A stretch of DNA of 64,000 nt. Source: Schizochytrium sp. TIO01 (taxonomy: Eukaryota > Protista > Bigyra: Labyrinthulomycetes). How positions within the stretch are numbered: position 1 is the stretch's first letter; each line of letters begins with the position of its first letter. The notes below the pieces were generated by a model. It searched no databases and was not told the origin of the DNA. It saw only the letters and a list, made by a program, of their open reading frames with translations. Below are positions 22,610 through 35,096 of the stretch, one piece after another. The DNA is taken from assembly GCA_004764695.1 (NCBI GenBank), contig SMSO01000032.1:3814483-3878482 (forward strand). The letters run 5' to 3'. The position numbers and the translations under genes were made by a program.

Positions 22610-22983
22610 ATCCATATCCCTTCTCAGGTCCCTTTCGATATTTTTTCTTTCTAAATTTATGCTTTCTCTGTTGATCGAGCATCAATGCATTCTAACACCT
22701 TTTTTTTATTTTCTCATCAATAAAAAGAATACTCCCTCCTTAATGTCCCATACCTTATGTTGCCGCAAATACGGAGATTGTAGCCTTTGAATTAGATCAT
22801 GCAAACTACTAAAAAGGAAACCTTCGGCAAATTGCTTCCGCCAGCGTTATTCTATTCATTATAATTCATTTTTTTGAGCAGGTTCCAGGTGTTGTGGTGA
22901 TTTCAATCATGGGCTGTGTTCGACAAGTTTTGATTTGTAAAGAACAGTAAACAAAAAAAAAACAATGAGGTCACTTTGGTTAA

Positions 22984-24055
22984 CTACATAAAGTCCTCCT
23001 CGAAGTCAACAGCAGCGGAGGTGTCTTCGGAGGCCTTGACGCGGTTGTTGGTGGTCATCTCTTCATCATTAAAGAGGTGCTTATAGTCACGTGCATCTTT
23101 CTCAGCGAGCATCTTAGCTTTCTCAGCAGCCTGTTCTTTGGCTTGAGCCTTTGCTCGCTCACGACGAATCCTCACCATCTGCGCATCTCGTTTCTCGCGC
23201 TGAGCAGCGAGATCAGGGTACTCCTCGCGCTTGGTCTTGTTCAACCGATTAACAATATCCTTGTTCTTGGGCACGCTCTTAACCTTAATTACCTTCTTGT
23301 TGTCATGGAAGCCAACTTGACCATCAGCCATGTCGCCTGTCTTTTTCAAGTTTTCCCATTCCGTGTATACTACATCAACGGAAGTCTTCTTGCACCCCTC
23401 AATCGAGTTCGCTTTCACCAGCTGCACGCAGTCTTCCACAGCCTCGGCGATGTGATCGAGGTTTCCAGTCTCACGGAATTTCTTGCGAAGCGGGCCGATC
23501 GGGAGACGCTGTGATTGAAAAGGTTGGAACCAGGACAGAGTGATTTAGAGAAACACGTTTGCAAGAGTTAATTTTGATCAGAGTGAGTTTTTGTTTCGTT
23601 TCTTTCATAGCATTTTTCATCGTGTAGACTTACGAGGTAAACATGAGCGGACGACAAGTTATCAACATGGAACCAAACATCCTCAGGCTGTGTAAACCAT
23701 TAAAAAAATTAAAAAATCACATCACAAAAATGTGAGCTTGTTAGCCGACCCGAATAATAAAAGCAACATCTTCGCTTTCAAATACTATGTGGGTATGAGC
23801 CAAGACTCATCGCTTTTCGTCAGATGACATCGTTGACGAGAAAGCACTGTGTCCCTGCGTCAGAAGATCTAGACAGTTATAGCCGTGAATATGTCTTGCC
23901 CTCTGCGGCTATTCCCGAAATGCATAGCTCTGACGAGGCGAAGAGCCCTGTTCGCCACCACGTACCCAGCCATGCTTAATGAGGTGTTCGTTCTCATACT
24001 TGTCCTTGCCCATGTAGAGCATAAGGCCTCCGCGGGCTTCGAAATAGAACACCAT
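22984..24055 (-). CDS. CCDC25: CCDC25/Jlp2 (NFACT-R domain) protein, 3 exons: 24055-23966, 23687-23634, 23508-22984 (222 aa)
   Basis: Spliced product [23 protein letters not shown]|[18 protein letters not shown]|[38 protein letters not shown]; both introns GT..AG and phase 0. Confidence 0.93.
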
Positions 24056-24861
24056 TTTAGCTTTTCTGCGTCCTTGCTTTCGCACGTCGCCGGCGTTTTA
24101 CACGTCACGACGGCTCGCGTCTTTGTCTTTGGGGTCTGCTTTCTCTCCTTCACTCTTAGACTGTCTTCGATGGCTATATTTTTCACATCAGTTATTCCTA
24201 TCAAAGCTAGGAAGTTCTACCAGTGCCTTCTTCCGTACAAGAAGAACGAAAACCCCTCGAAATCACTTGGGATTTTGATATATGATTTGCCTCGCGTTCA
24301 AGAGAAGCTGTCAACCTATGATTGGCGACAGGAGACAGTTGTTACCATGGTACTCCTCCTCTGGTCAAACAAAACTGGTTTTAGATGAAAGTAGATTTGA
24401 TTTGCACAAGGCTCTGAGTTTTACCACGAGTCTGGGCCTGCATGAGTTATGGAAATTCGTGTTGTTTTGGACCGAGCCGAGGGATCTTGCGATCAGTTGT
24501 CTGTTCTTCAACAAGGCTCGCTAGCTGGAGGAGTAGAAATTGGAGAAACACGTTGATAAAAAAGAAGAGAAATTTGTGCAATCGCTTATTAACGACAAGA
24601 GCAGGCTACAACCAAGGCTTGCAAGTCTTCGTGCTACTGCTGCTACTACGACTACCCTTCGGTAGAGGAGGAGGCAGCTGTGGAAGAGAGAGAGAGAGAG
24701 AGTGCAATCATGAAAGAGAGAGATAGGACGCAAAAGGGCGCAAAAACGGGTGTATATTTTCCTTTCTTATGGTGATTGTTTTACTTTTGGGCATTGATTG
24801 GCGAACAACGCCTTCCAAGGAGCAGTGCAGTTGACTTTCCAGAGATTCTATCATGAAAGAA

Positions 24862-26156
24862 TTAGTTGAGAAACTGGGAGAGCCATTGGAAAGACTCCTG
24901 GATACCCGCCTTGCGGACGCTGTGATGTGTTTGACCCGAGTGTACATGAGCCATTGATGTTAACCGAGGATGCATCAATGACAGGGATAAATTTACATAC
25001 AAAAAGTGGATACGTTAGTGAGACGTCAAAGGTTTTAAAAATGCCCGAAGCTCCTCAACATGGCAAAAGCATGAAGTGGTAAAATGATGATAGGTTGCAC
25101 TTACACGGAACACATGAAAAGCTCTGTATTAAAAATAAAAAGCAAAGCAAAGCAAAGCAAAGCAAAACAAACATTTGAATTCACAACCAGCGAGGTAAGA
25201 CCGAGAGGCAAAAACAAACGGCATTGAAAACAGTTGTTAGTTACTGAAGAAAACCAAACATTTCCACTCTTGAATAAGTCGCAAAAGAGAAGATCAATCA
25301 ACCACTTACCGATGGGCCTGACTCCGTTGGCAGAATCCGGCTTGGTGTCCTTGCCAAAAGTGTCCATGAGGCCGAGCTGCTGACGAAGCTCATCCTCGCC
25401 AACAGCGTTGGGGAGATCAATCTTGTTACCGAGCACAAGGAAGGGGGTGTTGGAAAGCATCTCGTCAGTGAGGAGCTGGTCGAGCTCCTTCTTGGCCTCA
25501 GGGAAACGTTCCCGGTCGAGGGCGTCAACAATATACACAACGCCGTCAACCGTCGTAAAAAAGTCCTTCCAGAGCTTGCCTGTAAATAATTTGCGATACA
25601 ATCCGAGATCAAAAGAAAATTGTCCATCAAAATAACAGAGGCACGTCAAACTGTGAGTATTTGGATATTATGCGCTCAGGTTGCAAAATGAGAAATGTCA
25701 TATTGCGCAGATACAATAAGAAATGGGTCTGTCTACATGGGAGACATGAGGTTCTTCGCTGATGAAGATGTCAAAACTTACGTGCTGCCTCATGGCCACC
25801 CAAGTCGTGGGCCTGGAATCGAACGTTACCAATTACAAGTTCCTCATGGTTGGGGTGAAGAGTAGGGGTGTGGACTGCTACGCGGTCATCTTTGAGCATG
25901 TGAAGAAGCGTGGTCTTGCCTGCGTTATCGAGACCGAGGAAGAGAATTTTGGCATTCTTGTAGTAGATGCCGAGCCAGCCAAGGACTCCGTCTGTAATAT
26001 CACCGCAGTTCGTTATAAATCAACATCCTAATTTGTCAGTGTGTCGTGATCATTTCCCTTGGTTCTCCCCGCTCAACCTATACCTGAGTTCCCAGGGTGC
26101 AAGCAGGCAGAAGATCCCCATCATCCTAACGTACAGAACCAATCAAAGAGGCCCAT
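24862..26156 (-). CDS. SAR1: SAR1 small GTPase (COPII), 5 coding exons: 26156-26135, 25991-25782, 25579-25310, 25123-25105, 24919-24862
   Basis: Spliced product [76 protein letters not shown]; all introns GT..AG with consistent phases. Confidence 0.95.
25140..25166. repeat. (GCAAA)n microsatellite in SAR1 intron 3
   Basis: Direct reading. Confidence 0.85.
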
Positions 26157-27479
26157 TTTGCAGTAAACTTGAGCAAGAAACCTGAGCGAACGCGCTTGCT
26201 ACAAAAAACCTGCAATTCGTCAAGACCAGCGTCATTGTTGAAGCCCAAAGAACAATCAATAAAACCAATAGTCCATAAACCAGATGAATGCATGCACATT
26301 AAAACGGCACGCAACGCCATCACAAACAAAATAATCCATCAATAATAACTCAGTCAGTTTCCTGCATGTCAAACCAATCTTGGCAATCCCGTCCTCGGCA
26401 TTGTCTTCTTGTATCCTCAACAGTCACGAAATTCTCTGCCGGAAGCCCAGTATGACCAAGTGCAGGAGATCCGCTCAAGTAAAAGCTAACCCTGAAGAGA
26501 TAGGGAATCGCAACAGAACCAAACAAACAAACAACAAACAAACAAAGAATTCGACTCCTTCTTTCTCCTTCTTTCTTCTCTTTTTTCTTTTCTCTCAAGC
26601 TAATAAGAAACGGCGGAGTCTTCGGAGCTTCAGCCAGCCCTGTCTAGCTAGAGAAACCTCAGGCAACTTCTCGCGGCCAGCCACGAGCAGTTGCCTGGAG
26701 CCCTCCACCCGCGGTCCCGCGGTCCCGCGCCCACCACGCCACCATATGCCGCCCCGGCCTCGTCTCCGTCGCGTCTTCTTCGCCGTTGTTCGTGTTCTTC
26801 TTCTTATCTGTTTCTTCATTCGTCAATTGTTTTTCAAGAATGAATGAATCAACGAAGGTCATCCCCCGCCGTTGCGCCATCACCGGCCACCACGCCTCCA
26901 GCCGGCCACGAAGCCACGCCAAGGGCCTCCGGGTCGTTGCTGCGGCCTCTCTGCGGCCTCCTCGCGCCACCTACCTGAGTGTCGCGATCTGCGACTGTCT
27001 TTCTCTGTGCGGAGCGAACGGAGATGCGTGTTTGTTTGAGATGGCAAAGGCGCGCTATGATCTGGCGGCCCCTGCTTAGACCTATCATAGAACGAAAAGG
27101 AACCCGACCTTCAGGAGAACGAATCCTTAGAACGGAACGGGAACGCAGGGAACAGACAGGGTGGCTCGATTCTTCTTTATTAGTGTATGATATTGCTTGC
27201 TTGCTTGCTTGCTTGCTGCTTGGGTTTTCATGCTTTGCGTGTGCGATGGAGACTTTGCCTTCGATGCCGGTGCCTGCGAGAGGAGAGGGCTGCCCCGAAG
27301 GCAGTGAGTTGTCACCTCTCAGAACCGAGTTTGCTTCTGGGCCAGGAGCCGAATATTGATTGGCGTTGTCGAGAGCCCAGGTTGACCTCCGTACGTTCGT
27401 GTTGATTTGATTGTACCTTGGCTCCGGTGAGGCTGGAGGAGGGCTAGGGAAAAGGATACGAGGGCATTAGGAGGGGCTA

Positions 27480-27620
27480 TTTTTATAAATAGAAATAAAT
27501 AAATAAGTAAATAATTAAATAAATAAATAAGTAAATAAATATATAAATATATAAATATATAAATAAATAAATATATAAATATATAAATAAATAAATAAAT
27601 AAATAGATAAATAAATAGTT
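27480..27620. repeat. AT-rich low-complexity tract (TAAA)n/(ATATAA)n
   Basis: Direct reading; it produces spurious I/Y/L/F ORFs. Confidence 0.9.
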
Positions 27621-30600
27621 TGATTACGATCATTATGATCACTTATTAATATAATTAATATGTGAAACGATACTGCTTTGGCAAAGCATTGAGTGCTCTT
27701 GGATGATTGATTGATTGATTGCTCAGGTGTGCGCAGGCAGGCGGTCAACCAGCGCAGAGGCGTCCTGAGAATACAGCGGCGAAGGCAAATATGCTGTGGA
27801 GGTGGAGACCGCGAGCATCAAGACTTTGGGCTGCTGCCAACAAGTCCAACTTGAGCCATGGGAGCCCGAAGCGTGAGCCTGGGGGACGGTATTTTTGGAC
27901 GTTGCTGGTACTGTGCACTAAAGGTATTTAGTGGCACAGTAAGCAAGTAATACCAACATCCAGCATCGTACCGATTGAGAACGGCAAAGTCTGCGGCCAA
28001 GTTCAGGTCAGAGCTCGCCAGCAAGACGAACTGGAGAACGCGTGATGGGTATGAATGTGCAGAATAGCTTGGGGTGTTTGTTGTATGCGTGGTTGCCGGA
28101 ATCTTAATGGACCTCATCGAATTCTTCAAGGTGGAAATGTGACCAGAAGCTCCTCATAAGGGCTCTTCTTTCTTAAGCACTTGAGAGTCACAACAGCAGT
28201 GAAGACGAAGCAAAAAGTAGTTGCGCTTTTGCTTCGCCTTCATTGCATTACGCAGGGATTGCAGTCGTGTGTGCAACTTTTAGGCAGAAAAGCTCATAGA
28301 GAAGTTGTGTAAGCATGAAGGACACACCACTAAGGTTTTGTGCTACACAAACTCGGCGTGCTTGCAGGCTTACTTACCTCAAAATGGTATTCGAACGGAA
28401 CGGTTATGTCAGCCAAGGGAGGAGAAGAGGCTGCTCGGCAATGTCTTGACCACAATAGTGGCTTCATCTTTGTGGGCAGCTGCTTTATAGATAAGAAAAC
28501 GGCAGGACGACTGCGATTGTAAGTAGCACTTCTACAACAGCTGGCTAGTTTCTGGAAGGGACTCCACCTTCAAAAGCGGGATCATCAGTGTCTTTGAACG
28601 TACTACCTACTACTAGTAGTGGCTTTTCCTACCACTTTTGCACATCATTGGAGTTTCAACTCGAACTTTAAAGGTTCAAGTTGGGGCGAGGAGTGCACAC
28701 TCGCTCGCATGTGGTTTTATAAGTGTGCGCTTCTTCAAGCTACTTCAAGTTGTACCTTACTTACCTACTACTTTGTAGTATACTGGGCTGAGCATAGGTA
28801 CTTCTGGCTGCCTGTCGCTGTTTGCCTAATTGGCACGTCATGGCAGGCTTGCCCAGGGCTGTCATCATGAACTACGTGGTAGAGAGAAAACAAGCTGGAA
28901 GCAAACGTGCTGCATGGCACCCCAGGCACGTAAGTTACGATCACCTTTTCCCAATCATAATGGTAGGAGGGTTTCCACTTACACCGTCTCCCGCAAAAGT
29001 CTCGGCCTCAAGTCCCACGGACACGTCATGCCAGCTCCTGCGTGACAATGATTGCACCTAAATCTCTTGCTTTGCCACCACGTTTTGGAGGGATAGCTAG
29101 TTACAATAGTAAAATCACTTAGAGAGATTCCTACACCTACGTGGCGGTGAGATTTCAGAAATGACCGTTACGACCAGTGAATCAACTCTCCTCTTTACAA
29201 GCTCTGATAGTGATCTCCTATTGTTGTTTTCTCCTTTAGAAAAACAAAAAATCAGGCTACTGTTGCAACGTGGATAGCGGGGAGATCGAACAGCCTGCTC
29301 GAATCTTCATAGTTTTCCAGCCCTAATCCGAATAGATATGAACGTATGTCTAGATTCTCAGGCCATGAACCGCCCTTATATCCTAAGCGTAGAAAATTAT
29401 TCAGCCATGGCAATCTTTTGAACATATTTAGAAACATAGCTGTGTTTATTGCTGTGTTTTATTTAATATGTTTGGGTTAAGTTATTGGAGCCAGCCTACA
29501 GATATGGCCCAGTGTCCGGCATGATACAATGATCTGATGCGCAAAGTCTCAAAAACAATAGCCTAGCCATGTAAATGGCCTGTGAAAGGTAGATCCACTA
29601 TATCGCAAGAGTAGACCGAAAGAGCAGGTGTGGCATTTTGGATAGATAGCCGAGATCAAAAGAACAATAGAATGCGCGCAAGCGTACATCGTTTCATTCC
29701 ATCGCAGGAAAAACATGTAACAATAACAAACAATCTCAGATATCATATCCAAAGTTGTTAAAAGAACACTAGCGAAGTATACTTTGCTTTGGGTTCCTCC
29801 ATAAAATCATATACCAAAGGTAGCTTTGCTATTTATGCTGTAGAAGTATCGTTGCATCAGGAGCTTTACTTCGGTTCCGAGGAGCTTTCGAATTACAGTT
29901 ATGGTGAGGCGCACTCTGAAGGTAGTTGAGTCTATTTTTGGTCCAGTTCAAGTCTTCTTTTCGTTTGTTCTTAAGGACATTGAACCACTTTTACGACTCA
30001 TATCTTTCCTCTAAGTAGTCAAGACAGAAAATGTCTAAATACTATACTTTTAATACAGCTTCAACATAATTCTCTTGGAGTTTGTATACCCTCTTAGCAA
30101 CATGAAGCACCAATTTAAATTTTCAAACAGTGAGATTGTGTCTATCCTTGAGAACTCAACATTAGCTCGTGGGAGGTATATAGAGCTATTTGAGTTTGTT
30201 TGAGAATGCACCTACGTGTTGGACATATAATGTTTCGAAAAAGTCGTAGAAATCAGTTGAAATATGCTTGGCCTACGAATTTCCAATCAATTTGGTGTAT
30301 TGGCAAAAGAAAATTGAGGACGCAAATGCTCAAGTTTGTATTCGAAGAATGCGGGTCCTATATCCAGCGAGGGATTCAAGGGGTATGTGATTGGATTTTA
30401 GTATGAGGCTTGGAACCACCCTTGTATAATAATCATAAGCCCAGCTATCACATGTAGTTCTGCGTATTGCCTTGACTAAATTCTCAGATTTCTTCTCAGT
30501 CTAAATTGATTTGCGTTTGGGCGGACAGGGAATACACGAAGCACGATTATAAACCCAACGGAAGAAGCAATATTACAAAATTATAACGAGTCCATCATAA

Positions 30601-33135
30601 GGTATTTTTTGGGGTGAAGATGTTTGGTCTTGCTTTTCTTACCACCAATAGCTACAGTCCGAATTACCTCAGTTAACGAGGCAACTCCTCACTGTCCCTC
30701 ATCTTCGGTTGCGTCCTATTCATTGATATTACCTATTGTCTTCTCCAAAAACATCGAAAATGCCACTGTCTTCCTCCTGGAGTATAGTTCATTCTTTTTT
30801 TCTCCTTTTTTGTTTGCTCAACCTTCCCCGCCATAGTCAGTGTATGTACAAAACCCCATCTCCGTGGTGGTTCAGGCTCGCCCCAGCGTTTCCTTAGGCC
30901 ACCAAAGGAAGGCATAGGCACTGCCAATCTCTGTGGACGCAAAGGACCTAACCTAGTCAAAGTCGGGTCGGGCACAGCGCGCGTGTCTGAGACGACACTG
31001 GCCAGGGACCTTGGAAGTAAAATTGCCATCGGCCGCTCTAGGTAGTAGACGCTTAGTACCTGCTAGTGCCAGTTTTCTCTAGGCACATTTAGGATATCAT
31101 AGACATTCTAAAATGGGTTGTGCCGGTTCCTGGTTCCAGGCTCTGGTTGAAACGCGAGTACTAGGAGCTTGGCCAAAACTTTGCTCAGGTGTGGCGAAGA
31201 AGTGATAATAGCGCATGGGGTGAAGCAAAGAAAGACATACGTTTGTGCCTGCTTGCAGAGTATGGCCGTTGCGACGCGTGTGGAGCGACATGTTGAATTC
31301 GGAAGGTTTGGCTTATGTGAGGAGTAAGCGAATATCTTGCACCGCACGAAGGTGGCAGATTTAAGAAGATAGATGTCGTCAATATTGGACGCGCTTTGGA
31401 GGCACATTATTCAAAGAGGGGCTTTCTCTTTTCCACCCAAGCCGCAGCTTACGCTCGTCGTTGAAGAGGACGCGCCTATGAAACTTGAGTTTTAATTGTA
31501 AGAAGGGGTACACCAGAGACATGCGCGTGCGCTGACCAGTGCACGCAAAACCTATACGAACTAGGCAACGGGTAATTGGATTATTGATAGTAGCGGGGCC
31601 TCATATGGATTTACCGATGTATGTGCACAAGAGTATGTAGTATAAGAAGGTCGACTCAAGTCACTAGGGGTCAGGTTGGGCTGAACGAGGGACGAGCTGT
31701 TAACAATTCCTTGAGCAAAGTGGAAGATCATAATAGCACAGCAAGACGATGAAAGACCTTAGGTGGCCTTTCGAGGCGAATGCCGTGGACCTGCTATATG
31801 GCTGACAAATGCCAATAAAGTACGACTGGGTGTGGACTTCCAGCCATGGCGTGATACATATACTCATGCAGGAATACAAGAGTGTGGGTACATAAATATT
31901 GCCCCTTCCCGAGTTTCAAAATGCATCAAAGCTACAGAGAGAAGCCTTCAGACCATGCTTTAATTACAATCTGAACATACTGTACGTACAAAAGCGGATT
32001 GCAGAATGTCAGGCCAGATCTCAAGGTGCTTGAGATAATAAAGGCTGGATTGGATCAACGAAATTCAATAGAGTGCTGGAAGTACGCCCGTATGAAATTT
32101 TAGCTAGTGTTTATCCGAGTTTTGAACTGATCGCTACCTTTCCTGAAAACCTGCCGAGGCTTTTGGGTCTCAATAAAGTATACGTGATAATTGGCAGGGT
32201 TTTATACAGCCTCCTTTTAGTGTACCACAATAATAAAGACGATTCTCTGTTATCTAACTTGAGTCATTTTGATGCTGTCAAGTAATCAACTAGCTGTCTA
32301 TGAATATTTAAAATTAAAAACTGAATGAAAAGTACTCTTTGGTAAGATAGACCAAGTATAATTAATTCGTTACATGCATTTTACAGTTTACAGAGGAGCC
32401 CATAGATAGCTGCCATGCCAGGAAAACGAGTAGTTGTGCATAAAAAAGTAAAATCCAGTCCGTTTGATCTAGATCCTTGACGTGAATGGATTCAGGAAGG
32501 CGGTTGAAAGACAGACGAATCATACATCTTGTTACTGTGTGGTACATGTAGTTTTTCATTTTTTATATTTATTTTATTTATAATAAATTATTATTTTTTC
32601 TCTCTTTAAACATTTCTGTCATCTTTTTTATTTCTGAATAAGAATATTATGCAGATAGCTCAGCCTGACACTTCGATGAAAAGAGTTCAAGCAACAGCGC
32701 GTGCCCACGGTTATCCTCCGTACTTGAAACAAGGAGAGGGATAAGTGGAGGTCGGAGAATTGTTGGGTCACACTCGTTAGGACTGTTGTTTGTGAGTGTG
32801 TCATCCGAAACACACATTTTACAGAGAAGACAAATGCATGAAGATCATTAACGGTTCTGGGAAGTTGGTAGAATTGGCGAACTGATCTTTTGGTGCGGAA
32901 GAGAAGCATCCGCAAAAGCGACAGGGTGCTTTTCTCTGCTCCTTCCTTTGGGGTGTATCATAACGAGACATCCAGAACCTTGCACGGTAAATAATTTGAG
33001 AATACAAAGTTGCTCGCCAGTACCAAGCAAACCTGAAACTTGGAAAGCAACAATAGACCTTGGTCTCAGATACAACTTTCCAGCTGTACGTAACTAATCA
33101 ACTGAGTAACAGTATACACAACTTTGCGGTATACT

Positions 33136-34404
33136 ATGAAGGCCCAGCAGCTCCATGGACTTGCGATTCTTCTGCTAAGCGTTTTCATGCTCGCAACCCA
33201 AGTTCGTGGACATGGCTATATGCTATCGCCAAAGCCCCGTAATGTGTACTACAATGGCGGTAGTGCAGGTTCTGGTGACATCCAGTCTATGTCTGCAGGC
33301 GGTACCTCTGTAGAGAGAGAGAATGGGCATGGGCTCTGTGGAGATCTTGCCAGTCGGAAGGAATTTATGGCGCCTAACGCTTATGGCCCCACTGATCCTC
33401 AGATGACCGTCTATTCAGGCGAAGATATAGAAATCAAGGTAAAGATCACCGCGCATCATTGGGGATGGTTCGAATTCCGCCTTTGCGTGCCTGATGATGG
33501 GGGTGTTGACCGTACCCAACCAATCACTCAGGCGTGTTTGAACAAGCACGTACTTAAATTCAACCGTACATACACCATGAACAGCTACACCAGCAACATG
33601 GAGTCTGGAGTTTCGAGCCCTGCCGATTACGTTGGGCCAGGATCTTCGAACTATAGATTTGAGCATTCGAAGTGCCCCTACCTTCCTGATGGAGGTCTTC
33701 GCGGGAGTTGCTGCAGAAGTGGAGGATCTTGCTCCGACCCGAGTGAAAACGAAGAGAGATGGGTTTTGCCAAAGCCGCAAGATGAACCTTTCGTCATGCG
33801 TTTCAAGGTTCCTGAAGGCATTGAGTGTGAACGCTGCGTATTACAGTGGTTTTACGAAACTGGCAACAGCCCAGACAGCTACCCTGAAGGATTTTGGAAT
33901 TGCGCAGATATCCAAGTGATTGGCTCGGGTCAAACATCAGCGCCTACACTCCCCACCCCAGCGCCTACTAATGGTGTACCAGTAGTGACTCCCACAACTT
34001 CGACTCCAGCTACTACTGCTGCGCCCACAGCTTTGACCACACCGTCTCCTACAAAGTCAGGCGAACAAACGTGCCATGGCACCGGAGTCGGGAACCCTCC
34101 TGTTACTGATGAATGGTGCCAGAACGCTGGTTGTGCTCAGGCTTACATTGATGCAGGATACTGCTATTTGTCAAACGCACCGTCGCAAACTTCTGCACCC
34201 ACTGCTGTGAGTGTATCGACAAATTCCCCTACAGCTCTTACGATGTCCCCCACGGCATCGCCTACAAGCTCAAGCACCGATAGCAGCAGCGGATGTTATG
34301 GTACAGGCAAAGGTAACCCCCCTACTACAGATAGTTGGTGCCAAGCCGTTGGTTGCGCACAAGTATATGTTGACGGTGGCTACTGTACGCGCAGCGCTCT
34401 TTGA
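33136..34404 (+). CDS. Secreted lytic polysaccharide monooxygenase (AA15/LPMO_10-like) with P/T linkers and two Cys-rich C-terminal modules
   Basis: Signal peptide ..TQVRG followed by HGYMLSPKPRN (His1 at 33211), CGD, TAHHWGWFEFRLC, CERCVLQWFYETGNS, EGFWNCADI. Confidence 0.88.
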   Translation: MKAQQLHGLAILLLSVFMLATQVRGHGYMLSPKPRNVYYNGGSAGSGDIQSMSAGGTSVERENGHGLCGDLASRKEFMAPNAYGPTDPQMTVYSGEDIEIKVKITAHHWGWFEFRLCVPDDGGVDRTQPITQACLNKHVLKFNRTYTMNSYTSNMESGVSSPADYVGPGSSNYRFEHSKCPYLPDGGLRGSCCRSGGSCSDPSENEERWVLPKPQDEPFVMRFKVPEGIECERCVLQWFYETGNSPDSYPEGFWNCADIQVIGSGQTSAPTLPTPAPTNGVPVVTPTTSTPATTAAPTALTTPSPTKSGEQTCHGTGVGNPPVTDEWCQNAGCAQAYIDAGYCYLSNAPSQTSAPTAVSVSTNSPTALTMSPTASPTSSSTDSSSGCYGTGKGNPPTTDSWCQAVGCAQVYVDGGYCTRSAL

Positions 34405-35096
34405 GTTTCTTTTACATCTTCTGGTTACCGAATATGATTAGTTTGAATTTATAAAAGTAGCAACCAATCTTGAGTTTTCTTTGAACCAAGTAAATGGTGG
34501 TATAGTATAGCGACACCCCCCATTAAAAAAATGAAGTATACTTGTCTCCACTCATTTCGCACGGGCAATAATATAGAGGTGTTGAAAGTGTCGAATCGTA
34601 AATGAAGAACAACATATTTATACACGCTTGCAAAGATGAATACCATTACCTGGTAGAGACATTCATTTGATAGATAGATTGCAAGTCAATGCGATGAGAC
34701 AAAATTTACTTCTGGGAAGAATTTGTTTTGGTTTTTTAATTAAAAATTATCAGTCACAGCAACATCGAGAAAGCAGCGTAGTGGGGTTAGCGGCAACGGG
34801 GGCAGGATTTAAGATTGCCATATTTACGCATTTGTGTGCCTATGGTAATTAAAAACCCAGAGTAAGCATCGGACACGGGCACTTACAAGCAAGAAAAGTA
34901 GAAAATGCACACCACGAGTAACCCCTTCAAATCTCCTTTGATAAAAAGAAAAAATGAACGTAGGAAAAAAAAAAAAGCGGAGGATAGGTTGCAAGTGCAG
35001 CAGCAGCATTCACGCATGGAAAGTGAGAATAGAAGGCGCAAAGTATTGGCATACTCATATTCAATTGGACTACAACACACTGAGAGGAGCAACGAT

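Noticed and set aside
23885-24388. 167-aa plus-strand ORF
   Set aside because: Antisense to CCDC25 exon 1 and its promoter; no recognisable motifs.
27319-27748. I/Y/L/F-rich ORFs
   Set aside because: Translations of the (TAAA)n tract.
31110-31465. Stop-riddled plus frame with CDACG..APHEGG..N..H, HNH-like
   Set aside because: Three internal stops and key HNH/Cys residues missing; likely coincidence.
16544-34404. Functional pairing of the peroxidase and the LPMO via H2O2
   Set aside because: 15 kb apart with unrelated genes between, and different predicted compartments (cytosolic face versus secreted).
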